From IMG/VR virus record IMGVR_UViG_3300038675_000861, positions 1 through 35,123 of that record: a stretch of DNA of 35,123 nucleotides, one strand, 5' to 3'. The position numbers were made by a program, and so were the translations under genes. Under the pieces are notes generated by a model. The model saw only the letters and a list, made by a program, of their open reading frames with translations, was not told where the DNA came from and did not search any database. Position 1 is the first letter of the stretch; each line of letters starts with the position of its first letter. This stretch comes from a virus. Its lineage: Duplodnaviria > Caudoviricetes. Of this stretch, positions 8,802 through 16,567 are shown one piece after another.

Positions 8802-9252
8802 CAGATGTCTCCTTTTGGATCGGTGATACAGAGCCGCAGATACAGCTCAGGGAGAGTGAGGGACTCGAAGTCCTCGTTAGTGAAACCCAGTTTACGCAGG
8901 ATCATCTCGAATCTCTCGAAGGGGTATTTGGAGACGCCGTAACCGCTAATCCTAAACTCCCGAGCCAACTTGCTAACCTCTCTTTGTTGGCTCTGATATA
9001 GACGAAAAAAGCGGAGATATACTCCAGTGCTTCCAGTGCATCCATATCGTCAGGTTCTCTTCCTGAGATGATTTTTATCAGCTCTTTATCGGCTTCCGAT
9101 TGGCTGATCAGTTCCAGTAGCTCCACCTCACTGACCTTGGCTGCCTGGCCGGAGAGGAAGTCCTCCAGCTTGGCTTTGAGGGTAGCATTCGAGATCGTGA
9201 GACAGAGTATTTGCCTCAGCTGGCTGTAGCTGAGTTTGGGTTCTCGCTTCAT
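8801..9252 (-). CDS. Tail assembly chaperone -1 frameshift product (gpGT-like, ~150 aa)
   Basis: A -1 shift at 9010..9004 opens 67 stop-free codons (RLYQSQQREV...MILRKLGFTNEDFESLTLPELYLRLCITDPKGDI) ending at TGA 8803..8801. Confidence 0.7.
8902..9252 (-). CDS. Tail assembly chaperone (gpG-like)
   Basis: 116 aa, between tail tube and tape measure; contains an in-frame slippery heptamer T TTT TTC. Confidence 0.7.
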   Translation of the reverse strand: MKREPKLSYSQLRQILCLTISNATLKAKLEDFLSGQAAKVSEVELLELISQSEADKELIKIISGREPDDMDALEALEYISAFFVYIRANKERLASWLGSLGLAVTASPNTPSRDSR

Positions 9253-9266
9253 AGAATAGTCCTTTT

Positions 9267-9467
9267 TCAGCTGCCAAAGAACATCTTGAGGGCAATGCCC
9301 AGCAGCAGGAAGAACTGGGAGGTGGAGACGCTCAGAAGTATCTTCATGTTCGTCTCCACTCTCGCCATTCTGGTCACCAGTGACTTGCTGCTGTCACCAT
9401 TGCCGTAGATCTCTTCGTGCACACTGTCTATCTTTTCTTTGATTTCAGGTTTACACAGGCAATCCAT
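9267..9467 (-). CDS. Small coiled-coil protein with C-terminal TM (XhlA/holin-accessory-like)
   Basis: 66 aa, RMARVETNMK followed by a hydrophobic tail; AAGGA RBS. Confidence 0.55.
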   Translation of the reverse strand: MDCLCKPEIKEKIDSVHEEIYGNGDSSKSLVTRMARVETNMKILLSVSTSQFFLLLGIALKMFFGS

Positions 9468-9513
9468 CTTGGTTCCTTGTTTGTTAAGAGTTTGATTACG
9501 AAGTGCTGTTATA

Positions 9514-10059
9514 TCAGACTCCCGCAGGGATGTCTTTGAGCAGGTAGATTTTATTAGAGGTCACACCAGAGAACTCGGTGGAGATGACTACGTTGAAGAG
9601 TCCGTCCGCCTCTCCCGACCAGTCAACCGTCCAGCGAAGTCCGGTGAAGATCACTACTCGGTCATAGTCCTTGGATGCCACAACAATAGTGGTGTCCTTG
9701 CTCATAAACAGGGTGCTCTCCATGAAGTTCTTCTGCTTGGTGGAGAGTCCGGAGATGTTTAGTTCTACCGTATTTGTGCGCTTGCCGGGAATGGTATAGT
9801 TGCGGGTCTTAAGCTTGGATAGCTTGGAGTCCGCCTTACCTGGCTTCTCGGCCAGTTCACCGAGCAGATCGAAGTTGGTGGTCAGTTCCGTCTTGACCGA
9901 GCTCTGAGTAGCATACAGCGTGTCGATGGAGGTCTGATCATAGGTGCCGATCCCAAAGTAAACGAGATCGGCAATCATGACATCCATCAACTTACGGAAG
10001 TCCAAATCGGCTTCGGTCATATTGGAGGGATAAGTGGGCTGCGAAATAGGGTTGGGCAT
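9514..10059 (-). CDS. Putative major tail (tube) protein
   Basis: ~181 aa, Thr-rich and beta-type, upstream of the chaperone; ATG at 10059 overlaps the upstream stop (TGATG). Confidence 0.65.
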   Translation of the reverse strand: MPNPISQPTYPSNMTEADLDFRKLMDVMIADLVYFGIGTYDQTSIDTLYATQSSVKTELTTNFDLLGELAEKPGKADSKLSKLKTRNYTIPGKRTNTVELNISGLSTKQKNFMESTLFMSKDTTIVVASKDYDRVVIFTGLRWTVDWSGEADGLFNVVISTEFSGVTSNKIYLLKDIPAGV

Positions 10060-10409
10060 CAAAACACCCCTTTGATCGCCTTGCCGATGCTAAAGAGCCA
10101 TTTGCGGTTGTGGAACACGTATTCGATGGCTCCTCCGATAGTTCCAAAGACCTTGAGGATGACATTGGTCTGCTTGGCCGGGAGGGACTTGGTAGCCCGC
10201 TCCACTGCCAGCTGTTTCTTGGCATAGTCATCCAGGTCTTTAGTGGCAGGGTTGATCTTGATGTCCTGGATAATGTCCAGGATGATGGCCAGAGCTGAGT
10301 TGATTTTGTCTTTTTTGATCAGCTTGCCGGTGGTTCTGGATATAATCCAGACCACCAGAGCCGAGATCAGACCCAGGAAAAACTCTTGATTAGCTAAGAT
10401 GAAGTCCAT
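10059..10409 (-). CDS. Putative holin
   Basis: N-terminal TM helix, then AKKQLAVE and IGGAIEYVF, reminiscent of LL-H-type holins; AAGGAG RBS. Confidence 0.55.
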   Translation of the reverse strand: MDFILANQEFFLGLISALVVWIISRTTGKLIKKDKINSALAIILDIIQDIKINPATKDLDDYAKKQLAVERATKSLPAKQTNVILKVFGTIGGAIEYVFHNRKWLFSIGKAIKGVF

Positions 10410-10437
10410 AGATACTCCTTATCTGTTAGGTTGTTAA

Positions 10438-12168
10438 CTATGTGGTGAGTTTGAACACCTTCACGAAGCCGGGGATATAAGTGATACCGGGACGGATACG
10501 GATGTACCAGTGGTACTTCCAATCGCTTCCGTGGTGTTCGACTTTGAGTTCTGCATCGGTACGATAGCCGACGATGATGAACTTGGGTAGACCGCCGATG
10601 ATGTAATCGGCATCCATGAGACGTGGCTTTACAGAGATACCCGCAAAGGAGACGTTGCCGCCTTCCAATAGCAGGCGATCTCCGGCTCCGGTCTCACGCT
10701 TGGCGAGCTCGGCCCTGATGCGGATCAGATCTTTATGAGCCACGTAGAACTTGAAGTTCTCCTGCTCTTCTAACATCTCGTCAGAGAAGGCCAGGAGAGC
10801 AGCTTCAAAGCGCTTCGCCCAGTCGGTGTAAGTGGTCTTGGAGAGGTTGGTTATGTCAGCGGCTGTGGTAGCCAGTTTGACCACTCCATCCAGAGCCTTG
10901 ATCTTGGCAGTGGCAGAAGCCCTGTCACCCTTGAACAGCAATAGATGGATGGCTTTCTCGGTCTTCTTGGCGATGTGGTTCTCCACATAGGCTCCGAAGG
11001 CATCTTCGCCGTACTTGTCTTTGTAGAACTCGACCACATCCCTTCCCAGAGTGAACTCGGCATTGAGTATCCCGGTGGGTACGGAGAGATCGGCAGTACT
11101 CACGTACTGAGCCGTAAGTGCGCCATCGAGGGAGTTCTTGAAGACCAGGTCATCGATCAGACCGACATCGATCTTCTCATCTTTCAACAGCGGCAGCACC
11201 GAGATATCCGAGAGGGTATCTCCCGGCTGGCTACCAATCACCTCATCGATAAACATTGAAGTGGTATTAGCGGTGAGGATGTTCATAGCTTTGCCGGAGT
11301 CCACATCGGAGATGCCTTTGTAGATCTCCCGATGAGCAGCCTTGACTATGATCTTGTTACCATCGATGGTAACCTCTTTGTCCACATTGGACTGGTTAGC
11401 ATCCGGTTCTCCGGGAATGCTTTTGGAGATTGCTCGGCTCATAGTGACGGATAAGTCTTTGAGGCTCTTCTCGATGCTGTGGATAGCATCGCCAAGTTGG
11501 AGGTTGGGGTTACCCTTCTCCAACTCACTGATCTTCTCAGTGATGTCTGCGATCCCCTTCTGCAACTCGGAGTTGTTGTTGTGTTCTGCTACCTTACGCA
11601 GGCTGTTGAGCTCGTTCTTGATCTCTGCCAGACTTGCTTCCGCACTGCGGTAGTCATCGGCCCGTCCGTAGATGGATACTCCATTGAACTCGCCTTTCTC
11701 TACCTTCTGCCAGAGTTCACTGTTGAGGTCTTCGCACTTCAAGACCTGGACCCAGGCTCCCACCTTGGTATCGGGGAAGTGTTCCCGGTCACTGGTCTTG
11801 AGGATGTAGTTCTCGACCACAGTAAACTCAGGCACCGGCTGCATGTTGTGATTGACGTCACACTTTCCCACCAGGCCATGCTTGGCGAAGTGGTCGCAGG
11901 CCTTCTGTATCTCTTCTCGGGTATAGTAGTCGCCCTGAGAATCATAGATGTTGGGCTCCATCAGAGTGACGTAAAGCCGTCCCTGGGTGCCCTGTGTTTC
12001 GCTCCTAAACTTAGTTGAGTTGATCTTGTGTTCGAAGCTTCTGCCATTGGCGTTCTTGACCACAAAGCCCTTCTGATTGGCGGGAGTCATCTCATCGAAG
12101 AGAAGCGAGACGAGCTCGACTTCCACGTTGCGGAGTTCTCCCTTGAGAATGGTGCGTTTTAGTTTCAC
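10438..12168 (-). CDS. Prohead protease (XkdF-like) fused to major capsid protein
   Basis: GTG at 12168 with AAGGAGGT RBS; XkdF-like motifs EPNIYDSQGDYYTREEI, H in DVNHN, and WQKVEKGEFNGVSIYG; coiled-coil linker; ~280 aa capsid-like C-terminus. Confidence 0.8.
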   Translation of the reverse strand: MKLKRTILKGELRNVEVELVSLLFDEMTPANQKGFVVKNANGRSFEHKINSTKFRSETQGTQGRLYVTLMEPNIYDSQGDYYTREEIQKACDHFAKHGLVGKCDVNHNMQPVPEFTVVENYILKTSDREHFPDTKVGAWVQVLKCEDLNSELWQKVEKGEFNGVSIYGRADDYRSAEASLAEIKNELNSLRKVAEHNNNSELQKGIADITEKISELEKGNPNLQLGDAIHSIEKSLKDLSVTMSRAISKSIPGEPDANQSNVDKEVTIDGNKIIVKAAHREIYKGISDVDSGKAMNILTANTTSMFIDEVIGSQPGDTLSDISVLPLLKDEKIDVGLIDDLVFKNSLDGALTAQYVSTADLSVPTGILNAEFTLGRDVVEFYKDKYGEDAFGAYVENHIAKKTEKAIHLLLFKGDRASATAKIKALDGVVKLATTAADITNLSKTTYTDWAKRFEAALLAFSDEMLEEQENFKFYVAHKDLIRIRAELAKRETGAGDRLLLEGGNVSFAGISVKPRLMDADYIIGGLPKFIIVGYRTDAELKVEHHGSDWKYHWYIRIRPGITYIPGFVKVFKLTT

Positions 12169-12228
12169 GCTACCTCCTTTGGTGTTGTTAACTGGTTGAT
12201 TGTTTATTCTTTTGATTATCATGGTTTG

Positions 12229-13422
12229 CTAGTTTCCGAAGTTCCGATTTTGCATAAAGAGCTGCTCATCAGCAGTCTGCAGTACTTCCGTCAGGTTACC
12301 GAAGTTGAAATCTTCCGGCTTTACATTCCAGCCGAAGTCGAAGTTGAATTCGTTAGCCAGAGCCAAAGCCAGGCGGTTCTGCAGCGGTCTCACTACGAAC
12401 TGGTAGAACATCAGCATATCGCTTCTGTTATCGCCACCGAGCTGCCCGGGGATGAGTTGTGAGACGATCCTGGCAGGGACCCTGTGATAAGCGAGGATAC
12501 CTTCCCTGAGGTCTTTCTTAAGCCCTAAGAAGCCGCCTTCCCGGTCTTGCTGTCTGAGTGGTTCCAGGCGTATCTTCACGTCCCGACTCTCACTTTCAAT
12601 CAAGACTGTGGAGTGGCTTTTGGCATTGCCTTTGACCTCGGTTAAGGCTTTCTCGATCTCGGTATAAGCATCTGTCAGTACTTCATTGCCCTGCTCATCA
12701 GTGACAGTTCCATCTCTAAGCGTGCCACCTTCCACGATCACGAAATAGTCGATCATCAAACCGTTCTTGAAGTTGTTGTAATCAAAGGTCTTGATCTCAC
12801 CCAAGATCTCGATATTGATGGCGATGGGCAGGCAGGCCAGGCCCCAGGCATTTGATCTGTGGGTGGACTTCTTTACGTGGATGATGTCCTCGTAGGCGAA
12901 GTCCTTCTTCTGGCTATTCTTCACTTGGATGTAGTTAGGTCTGAAGAAGCCGAACTCGTCATAGTTTTCCACGATCTGAACTTCAGAGGGTAGCATGCGT
13001 TCCAGTCCCATCCACTGGCCTTGAGCGTTCCGCATCTTGATCAGGAAGCCATTCCCACAGGCCAGATAGAACTTCATCAGCTCTGCCAGGATGGTGGTCT
13101 GGTCTTCACAGGCAGGGAACTCGGCAGCTTCCATCCAATCTTTGACCTGTCTGTTCTTGCAGTCAAACTGCATGATAGTAGCCATAGTCAGGGCATCGAT
13201 GCAACCACTGTGGTACTCGTCTATATCCAGGAGATTGAGCAGGTTACTCATCGAATATGGCTGCAAAACCACTTTCTTAGTCTCGGCTGCTTTGGATATT
13301 AACTGTTTACCAACCCTCTGAAACTTGGATAGATCTATAGGTTCGCTCTTGTATTTGCTCTCCAGGAGATCTGAAGCGGAGCTGATTGCCAGATTATAGG
13401 CACCTAATCGCATCACTCTCAT
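12229..13422 (-). CDS. Phage portal protein (PBSX-like)
   Basis: GNGFLIKMRN, F..EDIIHVK, ILAYHRVP and FYQFVVRPLQ portal motifs. Confidence 0.88.
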   Translation of the reverse strand: MRVMRLGAYNLAISSASDLLESKYKSEPIDLSKFQRVGKQLISKAAETKKVVLQPYSMSNLLNLLDIDEYHSGCIDALTMATIMQFDCKNRQVKDWMEAAEFPACEDQTTILAELMKFYLACGNGFLIKMRNAQGQWMGLERMLPSEVQIVENYDEFGFFRPNYIQVKNSQKKDFAYEDIIHVKKSTHRSNAWGLACLPIAINIEILGEIKTFDYNNFKNGLMIDYFVIVEGGTLRDGTVTDEQGNEVLTDAYTEIEKALTEVKGNAKSHSTVLIESESRDVKIRLEPLRQQDREGGFLGLKKDLREGILAYHRVPARIVSQLIPGQLGGDNRSDMLMFYQFVVRPLQNRLALALANEFNFDFGWNVKPEDFNFGNLTEVLQTADEQLFMQNRNFGN

Positions 13423-13820
13423 GAGCCAGCTCCGATGCCGGATTTTAATAGGTCAAGCTTGGCAATTCTGACCAGTCTGGTGCCGTCTATTCTGCTTGTG
13501 TAATACTCCACACTGGGCAAGTCCCGATTCATCAGCTTCATGTAAAAAGAGCGGAACTTCTCTTTGAGTTGGTATAAGTCGGAATCTGGATCATCCACGT
13601 TATAGGCATTAACGATCAGGAAGACTGTCCAGGCAATATCGGTACTTACATACTGCCGTGAAGTGCCATGTTTGCCAATCTCAGAATCGATGATCAGGAT
13701 GGCGCAGGGCAGAGTCTTGGGGATATTGTCCTTGTTGTAAAGAATCTCTGCCACTCCAGCAAGATTAAGAGCTTCGGAGATGCGGCTGCGTTCGGCTTGG
13801 TACTTATCAAGTGCAGTCAC
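13419..13820 (-). CDS. Putative tail terminator/neck protein
   Basis: 133 aa, LPCAILI segment; follows the gp10-like gene with overlapping start/stop codons. Confidence 0.5.
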   Translation of the reverse strand: MTALDKYQAERSRISEALNLAGVAEILYNKDNIPKTLPCAILIIDSEIGKHGTSRQYVSTDIAWTVFLIVNAYNVDDPDSDLYQLKEKFRSFYMKLMNRDLPSVEYYTSRIDGTRLVRIAKLDLLKSGIGAGS

Positions 13821-14305
13821 AGGCTCACCTCGATGTCATTCAGCTGCTGATATATCCACTGCTCCCGGTTAGCTATGACAGAAGCAAACATATTGCGGGC
13901 GGCGATGCCTTCCCGCTTGATCTTGCCCCGGATGAGATAAGCGATCTCGGCTATGGTCAGAGCTTTCCCTGTCTCTTTATCAGTCCAAGACAGGTGCTTG
14001 CGTTCGACCCAAGCAATGAGGGGAGCAATCGGAGTCCAGGAAGGCACTTTACCGCCTAAAACAAATGGCTCGTGTTTCACGTTCGAGCCAACTCTCAGGA
14101 TCATAGCAGTATCGGTGGTCTGCAGCAGATAGCCGGTATTGCCGTAGAAGTCGCCCTTGTCATAGATCTGCTGCGCCAGTATTTCCTTGCGGGACTCGGC
14201 ATCTATTACAGAACCAATCAGGTGCAGGCGGCTCTCCAGAGCGGCATAGATAGCCCGGTAAACTTCTATCATGATCTCATCGAGTGAGGAGTTCTGCTCA
14301 AGCAT
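13817..14305 (-). CDS. HK97 gp10-like neck/tail completion protein
   Basis: VGSNVKHEPFV, PIAPLIAWV and IKREGIAAR motifs. Confidence 0.65.
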   Translation of the reverse strand: MLEQNSSLDEIMIEVYRAIYAALESRLHLIGSVIDAESRKEILAQQIYDKGDFYGNTGYLLQTTDTAMILRVGSNVKHEPFVLGGKVPSWTPIAPLIAWVERKHLSWTDKETGKALTIAEIAYLIRGKIKREGIAARNMFASVIANREQWIYQQLNDIEVSL

Positions 14306-14385
14306 GGCAGCTCCGAAGGAATGTAATTAAAATATGAAAATATGCGTAAATCCGTTCGATATGCGTCATCTGCGTTCTATTCATT

Positions 14386-14844
14386 TCAGATCACTCCCAC
14401 CCGGATAGGTCGAGCTTGTCTGGGTTTGAGTTCGTTCAGGCGATCCAGGCCAGTCTGATTGAGATATGAACTTAAAACTGTTAGTGCTCTCAGTTCAAGA
14501 TTGGCTTTGAAGGCGTCTATTTCGCTGCCTGTGAGCAGTTCGGTGGCGGACTGGTCTAATCCTACGGTCTTAACTATCCCCTCGCCCAGAGTTTTCAAAT
14601 TGAGAAACTCACAAGTACTGTGCAGCATCAGGAAACAGAACCCAAAACGAAAAGAAATGAGAAGCGGATCTTCTTCCGGCAGGTCATCGTGAATGGCATG
14701 ATCATAGTGTTCCTGCATAACCAGGGAGTGGATCATCTCAAGTACGAGGCCTTGATGCTCTTTGAAGATGCTGTTGTTACCCATCTCCTTGGGTAGGTTA
14801 AGGATAGCGAGCATGGCCTCGGTTTCGACCGGGATAGCTATCAC
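14386..14844 (-). CDS. Putative head-tail adaptor
   Basis: 152 aa helical protein in the neck cluster; GTG start overlaps the endolysin stop. Confidence 0.5.
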   Translation of the reverse strand: MIAIPVETEAMLAILNLPKEMGNNSIFKEHQGLVLEMIHSLVMQEHYDHAIHDDLPEEDPLLISFRFGFCFLMLHSTCEFLNLKTLGEGIVKTVGLDQSATELLTGSEIDAFKANLELRALTVLSSYLNQTGLDRLNELKPRQARPIRVGVI

Positions 14845-15266
14845 TGACCTTTCCTCATCATCTCTGAGAGCTCAATCGCTCTGCGTCCTACCTGTTTCGC
14901 CCACTTGGAAGCCAGCATACCATTGGCGGCCCGTTCCCAGTCTCCAGCAGCAATAAAAGCCAGAGTGTTCTTGAACTCCAGTAGTCCCTTGATGCCGAGA
15001 TTGAAGCACATATTGAGCAGCACCGACTTACGAACATCATCCAAGCCATTGTATATCTCCGGAATCTCATCCAGCAACTGCTTCTCACAGTTCTGGATAT
15101 CATTCTCCAAGAGTACATAAGCTTCTTTCTGGGAAATGCCACGGTCATCGAGATTGCGTCCGATACCAATGGTCAGTTTACCTGCAGTGCAGCGATATGG
15201 CTTCAGCCGTAGACCCTCATGTCTGACTAACTGAGCTTTGATTCGGTTCATCAACGCTTCGGTCAT
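14841..15266 (-). CDS. Endolysin, GH24 T4-type lysozyme
   Basis: HEGLRLKPYRCTAGKLTIGIGRNL (E-x8-C-x5-T), NMCFNLG and SKWAKQVGRRA. Confidence 0.92.
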   Translation of the reverse strand: MTEALMNRIKAQLVRHEGLRLKPYRCTAGKLTIGIGRNLDDRGISQKEAYVLLENDIQNCEKQLLDEIPEIYNGLDDVRKSVLLNMCFNLGIKGLLEFKNTLAFIAAGDWERAANGMLASKWAKQVGRRAIELSEMMRKGQ

Positions 15267-15368
15267 GCTATCTCCTTGTTCCAGATGTGATCATAGATCC
15301 GGAGCCAGGAAAGCACTACCCTGTATGCTGACAAATCAGGATAAGCAAGGATAACAATGATTTTATAG

Positions 15369-15396
15369 TTGACAATTATGGCTTATGATAAATAAT
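15369..15396 (+). promoter_or_regulatory. Putative promoter of the cargo operon
   Basis: TTGACA (15369..15374), 16 bp, AATAAT. Confidence 0.5.
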
Positions 15397-15427
15397 TGAA
15401 AAAAACTGATTTGATAGTGAGGGATAT

Positions 15428-16567
15428 GTGAAAAAGACCATACAAAACATAAATCAGTTACTTGCCTCTGGTGCCTTCAAGGATGAACAGCATATACGTT
15501 TCTCCTTGGTAGGTAGAATATGCCAGTCATTGGGATGGAATATCTGGAACCCTGAAGAGTTTTATACAGAATATCCAGTTAAGAGATACCCGCCTCAGGA
15601 TGTGACAACAGAGCTTCGAGGGAGAGTAGACGTTGCGTTGATATTACCAGAAAAACGCTCTGAGATTGCGGAAGTTTTTATTGAAGTTAAAACTCCTTAT
15701 AGGCTACAGAGCGAGCTTGTATCTGGAGAGACGCAGCTTAAAAGATACAATTGGTGTGACAAATCGGCTATTAGTATTCTGACCGATGGGATTATCTGGC
15801 GATTTTATTTACCGTCTCTTGGAGGAGCCTTCGAAGACAGTCTTTTTAGTGAAGTAAATCTACTTGAAGATGACTTAGAGTCTGTTTGCATTGTATTTGA
15901 TCAAGTACTGAAGAGAGATAACTTTAGGAAACAAGCTGTAGAATCTGCTGAAGCCATTTTTGAAGAAATTGCCAGAATTAAAAAACTTAGTCTTGTTAAA
16001 AGTGAAGCAGAGGATATAGCAAGGAAGACTGGCATGCAGAAATTCACAATTGCATCCCAGCTACTAAAGAATCAGCATGCATGTGAGATGGAAGAATCCG
16101 AAATAGCGAGCTTGTGGGATAAAAAAATACCCAAGGTAACACAAGCTCCAACAGTAGCTATTCAGCCTGTTCCGCAAGGGAACAAAGGAACAACGAAGGA
16201 ACAGACTAAACCAGGTGAGGTTGACTTCACAGTGTTACAGAATTACAGTTACAAATCAGCAAGGGTAGTTGTAGTTGGTGGCATAACCACTCCAGTAAAA
16301 CACTGGTGGGAGATTAAGAAGCATGTTTTCAACTATTTGATTGAGAAGAATCCAGGGCTTGCCTCATCAGATAGCCTAGCGCTGTTTGCGATAAAGAATG
16401 ATAGCATGGATATAAGGTTGATAAATGGTATGTATTCAAGAGGAAGAATGTCAGCGACAGACATCGTAAAGCAATGTAGAGCTGCTATGAAAGTTGCGGG
16501 ATATGAACCACTTAAAGATTTACAGGTAGGCTACATTGAATCTGAACGTAAAAGGAAAGGTCAATGA
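15428..16567 (+). CDS. HsdR_N-like PD-(D/E)XK nuclease with a C-terminal SeqA-like domain (putative)
   Basis: LGW, EYPV, GRVDVAL, FIEVK, QLKRY and ILTDGIIWRFY; linker; C-terminal VKHWWEI...MSATDIVKQC...G pattern. Confidence 0.75.
   Translation: MKKTIQNINQLLASGAFKDEQHIRFSLVGRICQSLGWNIWNPEEFYTEYPVKRYPPQDVTTELRGRVDVALILPEKRSEIAEVFIEVKTPYRLQSELVSGETQLKRYNWCDKSAISILTDGIIWRFYLPSLGGAFEDSLFSEVNLLEDDLESVCIVFDQVLKRDNFRKQAVESAEAIFEEIARIKKLSLVKSEAEDIARKTGMQKFTIASQLLKNQHACEMEESEIASLWDKKIPKVTQAPTVAIQPVPQGNKGTTKEQTKPGEVDFTVLQNYSYKSARVVVVGGITTPVKHWWEIKKHVFNYLIEKNPGLASSDSLALFAIKNDSMDIRLINGMYSRGRMSATDIVKQCRAAMKVAGYEPLKDLQVGYIESERKRKGQ

Noticed and set aside
12169-12222. ORF-track starts at 12222 (also 26561, 29591, 34095, 10062)
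   Set aside because: Downstream starts have better RBS or stop-start coupling and were used instead.
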